Of a stretch of 64,000 nt of DNA, positions 1-9,096 are shown one piece after another. Positions within the stretch are counted from its first letter, which is position 1. Every line of letters starts with the position of its first letter. The position numbers and the translations under genes were made by a program. The notes below the pieces were generated by a model. It was not told where the DNA came from, did not search any database, and saw nothing but the letters and a program-made list of their open reading frames with translations. The DNA comes from Candidatus Micrarchaeota archaeon (GTDB lineage: Archaea > Micrarchaeota > Micrarchaeia > Burarchaeales > JBFMAP01), in NCBI GenBank assembly GCA_964632135.1, contig CAZWEI010000001.1:29883-93882 (forward strand). Reading direction: 5' to 3'.

Positions 1-125
1 TCAAAGGCAGAGAGGCGCGCGAGCCCTCTCTTCCCGACGAGCCTTAGCATCGCGAGCGTGAACAAATAGATGGCAGCAACGCGCAATACTTGGGACATCG
101 CGCTCTCGCCCAGCAGAAGGGACAT
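1..125 (-). CDS. DUF421/YetF-like membrane protein, N-terminal fragment (gene runs off the left edge)
   Basis: Reverse-strand translation from the ATG at 125-123 gives MSLLLGESAMSQVLRVAAIYLFTLAMLRLVGKRGLARLSAF. The hydrophobic helix followed by LRLxGKRxLxxLSxFD is typical of DUF421 N-termini. Confidence 0.4.
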   Translation of the reverse strand, partial: MSLLLGESAMSQVLRVAAIYLFTLAMLRLVGKRGLARLSAF

Positions 126-197
126 GAGAAACTAACGCGATGAGTATTTATAAGTTTTTTTCTCTATTTTTGAGTGTGTATGTGAAGAGGTGTAAAA

Positions 198-1385
198 ATG
201 GGAAAATTGGATGAGACTCTCGGGGCCGAGCTTAACGGATTGCGCGAGAAGAACCTGCTCTGGAAGATTCACGTGCTCGGCGGCGCGTCTGTTCCGCGCG
301 CAAACATCGACGGAAAGGAAGTGCTCGTGATGTGCTCGAACAACTATCTCGGGCTTAGCAACCACCCGAAACTCAAGCGCGCTGCAATCGAGGCGACGAG
401 AAAATACGGCGCAGGCTCGGGTTCCGTGCGCGTGATTGCAGGCACGATGGACCTTCACGTGAAACTCGAGGAGACAATCGCGCGCTTCAAGCACACCGAA
501 GACGCGATCGCGTTTCAGACGGGATTTATGGCGAACCAAGGGAGCATCCCCCAACTTATTGGCGAGGGCGACCTCGTGATAAGCGACGAATTAAATCACG
601 GGAGCATAATAGACGGCGTCCGGCTCACGAAGGCTGAGAGGAAAATATACGCGCACAAGAACACGGAGGAGTTGGAGAAAATCCTGCAGGAGGCAAACGC
701 GAAAACATACAGGAGAAAAGTAATCGTAACCGACGGGGTTTTCAGCATGGACGGGGACATCGCGCCCCTACCGCGAATAGTCGAACTCGCCGAGAAATAC
801 GGCGCAATCACATATGTTGACGACGCGCACGGGGACGGGGTTCTCGGGGAGAACGGAAGGGGGATAGTGAACCATTTCAAACTCGAGGGGCGCGTGGATG
901 TCGAGATGGGCACATTCTCAAAGGCGTTCGGTGTTGTGGGGGGTTATGTGGCGGGAAGCAAAATTTTATGCGAATTTCTCAGAAATAAGGCGCGCTCGTT
1001 CCTTCTGACGGGTTCGCACCCGCCTGCGACCGCCGCTGCATGCATCGCCTCGCTCGAACTGCTCGAGCAGAAACCGCAGATTGTGAAAAAATTGTGGCGG
1101 AACACGAAATTCTTCAAGAAAAGGATGAAGCAGTTGGGGTTCGACATCGGGGTAAGCGAGACTCCGATAACGCCGGTGATGACAGGCGACAGCGCGCTCG
1201 CGAACAAGTTCAGCGAGGAGCTTTTCGCAGAAGGGGTTTTCGCGCTTCCAATCGTCTATCCGATGGTCGCGATGGGAAAGGCGCGCATACGCACGCAGTT
1301 GAACGCAGCCCATTCGCGCGATGACTTGGAGTTCGCGCTCGGCGTTTTCGAGAAGTGCGGGAAGAAACTGGGAGTCATTCAGTGA
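198..1385 (+). CDS. kbl: 2-amino-3-ketobutyrate CoA ligase / glycine C-acetyltransferase (alpha-oxoamine synthase family, PLP-dependent)
   Basis: 395-aa ORF collinear with E. coli Kbl: CSNNYLGL, ISDELNHGSIIDG, DGVFSMDGDIAPL, DDAHG..GENGRG, TFSKA (PLP-lysine), RIRTQLNAAHS. Confidence 0.85.
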   Translation: MGKLDETLGAELNGLREKNLLWKIHVLGGASVPRANIDGKEVLVMCSNNYLGLSNHPKLKRAAIEATRKYGAGSGSVRVIAGTMDLHVKLEETIARFKHTEDAIAFQTGFMANQGSIPQLIGEGDLVISDELNHGSIIDGVRLTKAERKIYAHKNTEELEKILQEANAKTYRRKVIVTDGVFSMDGDIAPLPRIVELAEKYGAITYVDDAHGDGVLGENGRGIVNHFKLEGRVDVEMGTFSKAFGVVGGYVAGSKILCEFLRNKARSFLLTGSHPPATAAACIASLELLEQKPQIVKKLWRNTKFFKKRMKQLGFDIGVSETPITPVMTGDSALANKFSEELFAEGVFALPIVYPMVAMGKARIRTQLNAAHSRDDLEFALGVFEKCGKKLGVIQ

Positions 1386-1389
1386 AATC

Positions 1390-2601
1390 ATGATAAGCGA
1401 GGAAGTGGAGGCGCGCGGGCACCTCATCGATTCGAAAATGCTCTCGAGAATTTTAGACGCGATACTGTACATGGGCGGGGACTTTTCAATAGAGAAGTTG
1501 GAGATCGGAAAGACGCACCGCGACAAGTCGTACGCGCGCATACTCGTTCTCGCCGATGGAAACAAACTTGCGGGCATCGTGAGCGCGATAAGGAAGATGG
1601 GCGCGACGCCGATGAGGAGCGAGAGCGTTCGGCTTGCGCGCGCGCCGCGCGATTCGGTCCTGCCTGATGGCTTCTACTCAACAACTAATTTGGAAACGTG
1701 GGTGAATTTGGGAAGTTGGGTGAAGGTTGAGGACCAACGCATGGACGCTGCAATAGTCGTGGAGGGAAGGCGCGCGAAATGCAGGAAGATGGGCGAGATC
1801 AGGAAAGGCGAGAAGGTTGTTATTGGCGACGAGGGCGTGCGAGTCGTCCCTCTCGAGCAGGAGGAAAGTGAGAGGGCGCGCAACGGAGACGTTTTTTCAT
1901 TTATGGTGAGCGGGGTGTCATCTGAAAGGGACACCTCCCTCCTCGTCAGGCAGATTGCGAGCGAATTGAAATGGCTGAAGAAAAAGCGCGGAAAGGTTTT
2001 TGTTGTTGTGGGGCCTGCAGTGGTGCACACAGGAGGCGAGGGCGCGCTCGCGAGCATAATAAGGAAAGACTACATCAACGGCGTGCTGAGCGGCAACGCG
2101 AGCGCGGTTCATGATTTGGAGAAGGCGATGTTCGGGACATCGCTCGGAGTGTGCGCGAGCACCGGGAAACTCAGCGAGGACGGAAGCAGCAGGCACATCC
2201 GCACAATCAATGAAATCAACAAATACGGTTCGATAAAGAGGGCGGTTGAGGCGCGTGCTGTGAAAAAAGGAATTTTTTATGAGTGCGTGAAAAACAAGAT
2301 TCCGTTCGTTCTCGCGGGCTCGATTCGCGACGACGGGCCTCTTCCAGAAGTAATAACAGATGTGATGAAAGCGCAGAAGGAATACTCGAAACTATTGAAA
2401 GGCGCTGACCTCGTGCTCCTTCTCTCGAGCACGCTCCACTCAGTCGCGGTCGGGAACATGCTTCCTGCGCGCGTGAAAACTATTTGCGTTGACATCAATC
2501 CTGCAACAGTGACGAAATTAATCGACAGGGGAAGCGCGCAGGCGCGCGGCGTGGTCACTGATGTCGGCTTATTTTTGAAGGAGTTGGACAGGGCGCTTTG
2601 A
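1390..2601 (+). CDS. LOR/SDH conserved-domain protein (TIGR00300-like; ornithine cyclodeaminase-like)
   Basis: Starts at the ATG of MISEEVEARGHLIDS, immediately after the kbl stop. About 400 aa with Rossmann-like segments, resembling the archaeal LOR/SDH single-domain family. Assignment is from memory of the family, not a search. Confidence 0.4.
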   Translation: MISEEVEARGHLIDSKMLSRILDAILYMGGDFSIEKLEIGKTHRDKSYARILVLADGNKLAGIVSAIRKMGATPMRSESVRLARAPRDSVLPDGFYSTTNLETWVNLGSWVKVEDQRMDAAIVVEGRRAKCRKMGEIRKGEKVVIGDEGVRVVPLEQEESERARNGDVFSFMVSGVSSERDTSLLVRQIASELKWLKKKRGKVFVVVGPAVVHTGGEGALASIIRKDYINGVLSGNASAVHDLEKAMFGTSLGVCASTGKLSEDGSSRHIRTINEINKYGSIKRAVEARAVKKGIFYECVKNKIPFVLAGSIRDDGPLPEVITDVMKAQKEYSKLLKGADLVLLLSSTLHSVAVGNMLPARVKTICVDINPATVTKLIDRGSAQARGVVTDVGLFLKELDRAL

Positions 2602-2616
2602 GATTGGGATGATTTT

Positions 2617-3210
2617 ATGGCAAAAAACGACGGCAAGATAGTGGTGAGCGCGCACTGCGACCTGATATGGGGGGCCGCGAGCGTGAAACTTCTCAGGAAG
2701 AAAAAGAGGAGGTATTACTGCGGCAACCTCGATAACGTTGTATGCGTGGCAGAGGTCCTCAGGTCAGTGATGCCGCGCGTGAAGGACAGACGGGTGAGGT
2801 TCTATTTCACGACCGGGGAGGAAACAACAATGAGCGGCGCGAGGACTGTGATGAAAAGGGAGGGGGGCGCGCTTTACATACCCATAGACATCACGAATGC
2901 GGCGAGAAAATCCGATGTGAATGTGGAGTGGATGCGCAACGTGGACAAAAAGGCGCTCAGGAAAGTTCTCAGGAGAATCCCGCGGCTGAAGGTGGGTTTC
3001 AAGACAGGGCACGTTGACGAGACGCACGTGTACGGCGCGAGGAACCCCACGTTCTCGCTTAATCTCCCTGTTGAGGGGCACATGCACGGAATTTCCTATG
3101 TCTCTTTCTGGAAGGCAAGGCGGTTCGGAAGGGCTGTCGCGGAGATATTGAGAAGAATAAGAAAAAATTACGACCACATCTGCGCGGTCAAAAAACGAAA
3201 ACCGCGCTAG
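2617..3210 (+). CDS. short M20/M28/M42-like metallohydrolase-motif protein (hypothetical)
   Basis: 197 aa with HCD, GNLDN and TGEE motifs in the order of the two-metal ligand set of M20/M42 peptidases. Much shorter than canonical members. Confidence 0.3.
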   Translation: MAKNDGKIVVSAHCDLIWGAASVKLLRKKKRRYYCGNLDNVVCVAEVLRSVMPRVKDRRVRFYFTTGEETTMSGARTVMKREGGALYIPIDITNAARKSDVNVEWMRNVDKKALRKVLRRIPRLKVGFKTGHVDETHVYGARNPTFSLNLPVEGHMHGISYVSFWKARRFGRAVAEILRRIRKNYDHICAVKKRKPR

Positions 3211-4748
3211 TAAAGATAGCCCCACGTGTGCAGCATGTCGCTGTCCCTGACCCAGCGCTCTGCTATGTCGGTGCGGTAGAACATGTTCGGGATGAGGATG
3301 TTGTCAACGCGCTTGTAAGCCTGCTTTCTCGCGTCGTCCACGGTGATTCCAGAGCCTGTCACGATGAGCGCGTAGCCCGACTGGCCTGCCAGCCGCCAAT
3401 CCCCCTCGACCATTTTCACGTCCGCTATGTGCACTCCGTCGTAAGCCGGCTTCTTGAAAATCACGGTCGCGTCCTCTGAATACCGCCTGAAAGCCGCAGG
3501 GTCTGTGAACGGGAACGGCGGAACTGCAACAACCACGCCCACTTGGAATCCCTTCTTCGTCTTAAGCTCTGGTGTTTGCCTGTCCGCCAAAGCATGCAGG
3601 AACTCGCCCCAACTACCCGTAACTCCCTCCATCTGTATGCTTATCGTGGGATAGCCGAAGCGCGAGGTGAACTCGAGCGGGTAGATTCCCTTTGCGTTTG
3701 CTATGCAATTGAGGTCTATGTATCCCACGTAGCCCGACTGGGCTAGCGCGAATTTCATTTTCATCAGCGTCTCGTTGAACAGCGTGTTCGGAGGCGACCA
3801 GAACATCATCGTCCCCATCTCGCCTGTGTTCGGGCCTATGTCCCCCGGAAACATCTTCTTGTACTCGAAATTCACGTTTATGGGATAAACGAAATCGCTC
3901 CCGTTGAAGAACGCGCCGACCGCGATCTCGACTCCCTGCGCGAACTTCTGCAACTGGAAGTTGTTCAGTTTCTTTGACCAGCTCTTCTTGTAATGCTCGA
4001 GTATGTTAAGCAGGTCGTCGCCGTCCTCCTCCTGCCCTATGAAAGAGAGTTCCTTCTCGTTCTGCGCCTTGCCGCTTGGCTTTATCACGTATCTGCCGGG
4101 GTTCTTCTTCACGAAGTCTATCGCCTCGTCGAAGTCGTTGAAATCCCAGTGCGGAAGCACGCTCACGCCCGCCTTCTTGAGTTCGTTCTGCCCGAACTCC
4201 CTGTCGTCCTCGAGTTGGTCGGTGTAAAGCGAGCCGCCCACGACTGCCTTTCCTTCTTTTCTCAAATCCTCCGCGACCTGCCCGAAGCCAATATCATCGA
4301 ACACAATCACATCAGCCCAGTCCTTAAGAGATTTCCAATCGTCGCACTTGTCCACGAATCCATCGGCAACGTCCTTCTCTGTTTTCGCGTTGATGTAGTA
4401 TTTCGCCTCGTTGCCCTCCTTCCTCACCTGCCACGCGAGGTCTCCGATGAGCCCATCAAAAGACACGAAAAGAAATTTTGTCGGCTTCTGCTTCTCCTCT
4501 TTCTCTTCTCTCTTCTCTTCCTTTCTCTCTTCCTTTTTTTCTTCTTTCTTCTCCTCTTTCCTCTCCTCTTTTCTTTCTTCCCTCTTTTCGTCCCTCTTTT
4601 CCTCTTTCCTTTCCTCTCTTTTTTCTTCCTCCCTTTTCTCTTTCTTTTCTTCCTTTGCTTCCCCGTTCGATTCCGAACCATTGCGTGAACCTTGTGTCAT
4701 AATTATGTTGAACATTCCGGCGGTTATAAACGTTTCTATAATTTCCAT
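3207..4748 (-). CDS. purD: phosphoribosylamine--glycine ligase-like ATP-grasp protein (PurD family, divergent) with an N-terminal E/K-rich low-complexity extension; start uncertain
   Basis: Matches PurD in the central and C-terminal regions (DIGPNTGEMG vs DTGPNTGGMG; IDLNCIANAKGIYPLEFTSRFGYP vs VIEFNCRFGDPETQ). The GGREHA motif is missing. The first ~95 codons are a KEE/REE repeat; an alternative GTG start at VSFDGLIG is possible. Confidence 0.6.
   Translation of the reverse strand: MEIIETFITAGMFNIIMTQGSRNGSESNGEAKEEKKEKREEEKREERKEEKRDEKREERKEERKEEKKEEKKEERKEEKREEKEEKQKPTKFLFVSFDGLIGDLAWQVRKEGNEAKYYINAKTEKDVADGFVDKCDDWKSLKDWADVIVFDDIGFGQVAEDLRKEGKAVVGGSLYTDQLEDDREFGQNELKKAGVSVLPHWDFNDFDEAIDFVKKNPGRYVIKPSGKAQNEKELSFIGQEEDGDDLLNILEHYKKSWSKKLNNFQLQKFAQGVEIAVGAFFNGSDFVYPINVNFEYKKMFPGDIGPNTGEMGTMMFWSPPNTLFNETLMKMKFALAQSGYVGYIDLNCIANAKGIYPLEFTSRFGYPTISIQMEGVTGSWGEFLHALADRQTPELKTKKGFQVGVVVAVPPFPFTDPAAFRRYSEDATVIFKKPAYDGVHIADVKMVEGDWRLAGQSGYALIVTGSGITVDDARKQAYKRVDNILIPNMFYRTDIAERWVRDSDMLHTWGYLY
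4470..4680. repeat. CT/GA-strand-biased low-complexity microsatellite-like tract
   Basis: (ctcttc/ctttct)n-like polypyrimidine run on the + strand, open in several frames. It encodes an EK-rich peptide on the minus strand. Confidence 0.7.
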
Positions 4749-4800
4749 AAATTCAATAAAAAAGAAAAAAGAGAATCACGCGTTTAAGCGCAATTAATTT

Positions 4801-6126
4801 TCACCGATTCTTGTCGTGGCGCGGCCTGCTTCTAAATTGAGTCCTGCTGGTACCGGCGCCGCGCGGTGAATAGCCCTGCCCTTGGCGCGGCGGATAACCC
4901 TGTCCCTGCCTGCGTGGGGGATAGTCGCGTCCATGCGGACCGTATGATTGCCGCGGTCTTTCCTGCCAATCCCCGGAGCCGCCCTCGCGACGCGAAGGAA
5001 TCGTAAGTTTTTCCTCCTCCACCGTGATTCCGCACTCGCGCTCAATCTGCCCCAGAAGCCCGAGCTCGTCGCTCGCGACTATGGAGAACGCGGTTCCCCC
5101 TTTCCCCATCCTTCCGGTCCTGCCGACCCTATGCGTATATATGAGCGGCTCTTCTGGAAGGTTGAAGTTTATCACGTGCGAAATGCCCGAAATGTCGAGC
5201 CCGCGCGCAGCGAGGTCCGTAGCAACAAGGACGTTTATCTCCCCTTTCCTGAACTTGTCCATGGCGACGTCCCTCTGCCTCTGGCTGAACCCTCCGTGGA
5301 GCGCCTCCACTTTCAGGCCGAACCGCATCAGGTCGTTCGCAAGCCTCTCGACAACGAACTTCGTCCTGCAGAAAATCAGGGTGTGCGTGGGCTTCCTCTG
5401 CGAAAGGTACGCGAACAGCGCGCGGTACCTATCGTGGAAATCAACCTGCGCGAATGAATGTTTTATGTGCTTTATCGTAAGTTCATCCTTGCTCACCGCA
5501 ACATAATGCGGATATGACTGGTATTCCTTTGAAAGCGCGAGAATCTCTGGCGGCATTGTGGCTGAGAAGAGAAGCGTCTGCCTCTGCTTCGGAACGTGCG
5601 AGAGTATCTGCCTCACGTCATCTATGAAACCCATATCAAGCATCCGGTCCGCCTCGTCGATGACGACGCACGAGACGTTACCGAGTTCGAGCGTGCCCCT
5701 TTGCAAATGGTCTAATATTCTTCCGGGCGTGCCGGCGACAATCTGCACCCCGCGCGAGAGCTTCTCTATTTGCACGTTGATGCTCGCACCTCCGTAAATT
5801 GGAAGCACGTGCCCGCGCATGTATTTCCCAATTCTCTTTATCTCGTCGCTTATCTGCACTGCGAGCTCCCGAGTAGGAGCGAGTATGAGCGCCTGCGTGT
5901 CCCTTGAGTTCGGGTCGATGGATTCTATGAGGTAGATGCCGAACACAGCGGTCTTTCCCGTCCCTGTCTGCGCCTGGCCTATCACGTCTTCCCCTTGGAA
6001 TACGATGGGCAGCGTCTCGCGCTGAATATCGGTCGGCTTGATTATTCCCATTTCCTTCAGCGCCTTCATAACCTCCGGCCTGAGGTTGAAGTTCGAAAAG
6101 TCATTCATTTCAGTCATATTTTTCAA
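4801..6126 (-). CDS. DEAD-box ATP-dependent RNA helicase with C-terminal RG/QGQGYPPR-repeat tail
   Basis: Motifs AQTGTGKT, PTRELA, DEAD (VIDEADRML), SAT, HRVGRTGR. C-terminal repeats GYPPRQGQGYSPRG. Confidence 0.85.
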   Translation of the reverse strand: MKNMTEMNDFSNFNLRPEVMKALKEMGIIKPTDIQRETLPIVFQGEDVIGQAQTGTGKTAVFGIYLIESIDPNSRDTQALILAPTRELAVQISDEIKRIGKYMRGHVLPIYGGASINVQIEKLSRGVQIVAGTPGRILDHLQRGTLELGNVSCVVIDEADRMLDMGFIDDVRQILSHVPKQRQTLLFSATMPPEILALSKEYQSYPHYVAVSKDELTIKHIKHSFAQVDFHDRYRALFAYLSQRKPTHTLIFCRTKFVVERLANDLMRFGLKVEALHGGFSQRQRDVAMDKFRKGEINVLVATDLAARGLDISGISHVINFNLPEEPLIYTHRVGRTGRMGKGGTAFSIVASDELGLLGQIERECGITVEEEKLTIPSRREGGSGDWQERPRQSYGPHGRDYPPRRQGQGYPPRQGQGYSPRGAGTSRTQFRSRPRHDKNR

Positions 6127-6244
6127 CTCCTTGGTTTTACTCCGCGAAGCAGCAGAAATAGAATCTGTCGTTCACGTGTGTCCAATAATCACACTTTAAT
6201 CCTTTTATTCCTTTCGCAAGTTAAAACTTGCGAAATTTTCGCAG

Positions 6245-6301
6245 CTTCCAATTCGCGCTCCGCGCGAATGGACCATTTGTCCTTTTGGACAAACTGGTCG
6301 C
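6245..6301. repeat. 57-bp near-identical copy (55/57) of an internal segment of the suhB/IMPase-like gene (second copy at 16062-16118)
   Basis: tccaattcgcgctccgcgcgaatggaccatttgtcctt(t/c)tggacaaa(c/t)tggtcgct occurs at both loci in the same orientation. Here it is intergenic. Confidence 0.8.
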
Positions 6302-6402
6302 TGCGAATCCTTTCTCCCTGCGTTTTTTGGAAAATTACCCCCTCGAACTCGTTTTTAAATCCGCGCGCATCCTTTTATTTTTTATTGAATCAGTAGAAAC
6401 CG

Positions 6403-6677
6403 TGACAACCAAAAAACACTTTTCAACAGAGGAGGCGAAGAGGATTGGCGAGGCGCTCGGGCTGGACTGGCGCGCGTTCGACGTGGAGCAGTTCAGGATG
6501 GGAATGGATGTGGAACTTGAGCACGGGACGCGCGACCCGCACACGAACGTGACCGACGACGACCCGCTGATTACAGGGAAAATCGCGCTCGCGCACCTGA
6601 ACGAGTTTCCGGATTACTACACGCGCCTAGAGAAGATGGAGGAGGAAGCCGAGAGATCCCACAGCAAGAAAAAATGA
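6403..6677 (+). CDS. small conserved protein with VELEH..D....I..HL.E.PDYY motif (DUF5661-like); start uncertain (GTG 6403 or ATG 6498)
   Basis: Peptide KHFSTEEAKRIGEALGLDWRAFDVEQFRMGMDVELEHGTRDPHTNVTDDDPLITGKIALAHLNEFPDYYTRLEKME is followed by an A-rich polypurine tract. Confidence 0.35.
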
Positions 6678-6743
6678 AAAAATAAGGAAGAAAATAAGAA
6701 AAATAAGAAAAAGAAAGAAGAAAGAAAACGAGTGGGTTCGGAA

Positions 6744-7421
6744 TTATACGTTGAACCTCTTTCTCGCCTTCTTCACGATGTCCTTCGCGTCATCCTGCCC
6801 GCCAAGACCGAACGCGAGCGCGAACGCCGCTGCGACTCCGAAGGTTATTCCCTGGAGCACGGTGTTGAACGACATCACCACTATCGCCATATTGAACCCG
6901 ACAGTGGAGAGCGCGACCGTCACTCCCATCAGCACTATTATCACTTTTGCAACAGTGCCGATGAACTTATAGTACGGGAACTCGCCCAAATCATAGATTT
7001 TCTCCTTCACCAGCTCGCCCACGAGCGCGGACAGCACAACCATTATGCCGGCGCCCACGAGAACAGGCAGGTAGAAGAGCACTGAGTTCACGAAGGTCGC
7101 AAGCGCGCCAAGGTACACGAGCGCGACCGCCATCTGCACGAACACGAGCAGCGTGTAGTATTTCGTGAGTTGCACGAGTATCTTGCCTATCTTCGCCTTC
7201 CCTAACGCGTCATCCATTCCGTGCTTCTTGAGCGTCTCCTCGAACTTGACCGCCTTAAGAAGCTTCTCAACTATCTTTGCCACGATGACCGCGACCGCCC
7301 AGCCCACGACGAAGACAACGAGCGCGGCTATGAGATTCGGTATGAACCCCACGGCCATATCCACGTTCTTCGCTATGCTGCTCTGGAGCACTGTCGCATA
7401 GTCGGTAGCACCAACTGTCAT
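6744..7421 (-). CDS. membrane protein with repeated conserved-TM-helix segments (TM_helix-like)
   Basis: 225 aa with repeated hydrophobic helices such as FIPNLIAALVVFVVGWAVAVIVAKIV. Confidence 0.45.
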   Translation of the reverse strand: MTVGATDYATVLQSSIAKNVDMAVGFIPNLIAALVVFVVGWAVAVIVAKIVEKLLKAVKFEETLKKHGMDDALGKAKIGKILVQLTKYYTLLVFVQMAVALVYLGALATFVNSVLFYLPVLVGAGIMVVLSALVGELVKEKIYDLGEFPYYKFIGTVAKVIIVLMGVTVALSTVGFNMAIVVMSFNTVLQGITFGVAAAFALAFGLGGQDDAKDIVKKARKRFNV

Positions 7422-7542
7422 GTTACCACCCCTCGAGGGATATTGGGTTTCCCCCTTTAAATACCTTGCGAATTACCGAACGCGTTCGAACGCGTTCGTG
7501 CGTTGGAATTCGTTATATATTTGTTCCCTGAGAAGTGAGTTC

Positions 7543-9084
7543 ATGGATCCCTCTCTCATCAAGGAGGGCGCGTTCGAGCCTCGCGCATACCAGACGCAAA
7601 TCGCGCAGAGCGCGCTATCGAAAGGAAACACGCTCGTGATACTGCCCACGGGACTGGGAAAAACAATCGTGGCGCTTGTCGTTATGGATGCGGTTCTCGC
7701 GCGCAGGCAGAAGGTGCTCTTTCTCGCGCCCACGAAGCCACTCGCAGAGCAACACAGGAAGAAAATACTCGCGTCGATGAAATTGAACGAGGAGGAAGTC
7801 GCGCTGCTCACAGGCGAGAAAACGGCGAAAGATAGGATTGGTGATTGGGGGAGCGCGCGCGTCGTTGTCGCTACTCCTCAAACCGTGAAGAACGACATCG
7901 GGCGGAGGCGCGCGAGTTTGGATAATTTTGGCTTGGCTGTTTTTGACGAGGCGCACCGAACAATTGGGAATTATGCATATACGTTTGTCGCGGATGAATG
8001 CGCGAAAAACAATGTGCTCGTGCTCGGACTCACTGCTTCCCCGGGCGGAAAAGAGGAGAAAATCCGCGAGATAACCGAGACGCTGAAAATCAAAAATATC
8101 GAGATACGCACCGAAACAGATGAGGATGTGGAGCCGTATGTGCAGCCGCTGGATGCGAAATGGATTGAGCTCGAGCTCCCTGCTGAATTTGTTGAGGTGA
8201 AGCGCGCGCTGGAGGAAATAATAATTGAAAAAACAAAGACGCTGACGGAGCTGGGCTACCTTTACGGGAATTTCAAAATCGCCTCGAAGCGCGCGCTGCT
8301 CGACGCGAAGAGGAAACTGGACGCGCAGAGGGGCAGAAACCCACGTTATTTTATTGGGATGACGACTTACGCGATGCTTTTCAATCTGGTGCACGCGCAC
8401 GAACTACTCGAGACGCAGGGGCCTGGCACTTTTCTCGAGTTTTTCAGGCGGATGGGGGAGCGCGTAACACAAAGTAAGGCGGTGAAAACAATCCTCGCGA
8501 ACAAGAGAATTCACGAGATACTCGCGGCCGCGGAGAAATTGAGCGAGCATCCGAAACTCGACAAGTTGCGCGCGCTCGTAGAGGAAAGAAAGGGGAAAAC
8601 GCTCATCGTTTTTGTGCAATACAGAGATCAGATAAAGCACGTTGTTGGGGAGTTGAACAAACTAGAGGGCGTGCGCGCGGTGCAGTTCGTTGGAAAGCGC
8701 GAGGGCGTCTCGCAGAAATTGCAGAAGGAGACGATCGAGAAATTCAGGAGAGGCGAGTTCAACGTTCTCGTTGCGAGTTCGATTGGCGAGGAGGGGCTTG
8801 ATATTCCCTCTGTCGACTGCGTGATTTTCTACGAGCCGATTGCGAGCGAAATCCGCTCGATTCAGAGAAGAGGCAGGGCAGGGCGCGCGAAGGCAGGCGA
8901 GGTTATTGTGCTCATCACGAAGGGGACGCGCGACGAGGCGTACTACTGGGTCGCGCAAAAGAAAGAAAAAAGGATGAGGAGAATCGTTAAGAGGATGCAG
9001 CTGGGTTTCGAGGGAAAGGGGAGAACGACGGAAAGAAAGAAAAAAGTGAGAGTTCAGAGTAAGATGACGGATTATTTCGGATAA
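7543..9084 (+). CDS. hef: Hef/FANCM-like ATP-dependent helicase (helicase module only, no ERCC4 nuclease domain)
   Basis: Start at MDPSLIKEGAFEPRAYQ. Motifs LPTGLGKT, DEAH (FDEAHR), TASPG, QRRGRAGR, with the Hef-type insert between the RecA-like lobes. It ends after the helicase core plus a basic tail. Confidence 0.75.
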   Translation: MDPSLIKEGAFEPRAYQTQIAQSALSKGNTLVILPTGLGKTIVALVVMDAVLARRQKVLFLAPTKPLAEQHRKKILASMKLNEEEVALLTGEKTAKDRIGDWGSARVVVATPQTVKNDIGRRRASLDNFGLAVFDEAHRTIGNYAYTFVADECAKNNVLVLGLTASPGGKEEKIREITETLKIKNIEIRTETDEDVEPYVQPLDAKWIELELPAEFVEVKRALEEIIIEKTKTLTELGYLYGNFKIASKRALLDAKRKLDAQRGRNPRYFIGMTTYAMLFNLVHAHELLETQGPGTFLEFFRRMGERVTQSKAVKTILANKRIHEILAAAEKLSEHPKLDKLRALVEERKGKTLIVFVQYRDQIKHVVGELNKLEGVRAVQFVGKREGVSQKLQKETIEKFRRGEFNVLVASSIGEEGLDIPSVDCVIFYEPIASEIRSIQRRGRAGRAKAGEVIVLITKGTRDEAYYWVAQKKEKRMRRIVKRMQLGFEGKGRTTERKKKVRVQSKMTDYFG

Positions 9085-9096
9085 TTGAGTGGTCGC

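Noticed and set aside
132-1577. Minus-strand ORFs 132-554, 596-913, 944-1207, 966-1577 and + ORF 1040-1324 overlapping kbl
   Set aside because: They lie entirely within or antisense to the strongly supported kbl reading frame. GC-rich genomes generate long stop-free shadow frames. None has recognisable motifs.
4411-4797. Overlapping ORFs 4411-4797 (+), 4424-4681 (-), 4478-4702 (+) encoding poly-S/F/L or poly-K/R/E peptides
   Set aside because: All arise from the same (ctcttc)n-type microsatellite, which is open in multiple frames. They are low-complexity translation artefacts, not independent genes.
5995-6396. ORF 5995-6396 (+) and ORF 16013-16342 (+) sharing the peptide SNSRSARMDHLSFWTNWSL
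   Set aside because: The shared peptide is the + strand reading of the 57-bp suhB-fragment repeat. At 16 kb it is antisense to the real suhB/IMPase-like gene. At 6 kb it overlaps the helicase 3' end. Both are shadows of the repeat, not conserved genes.
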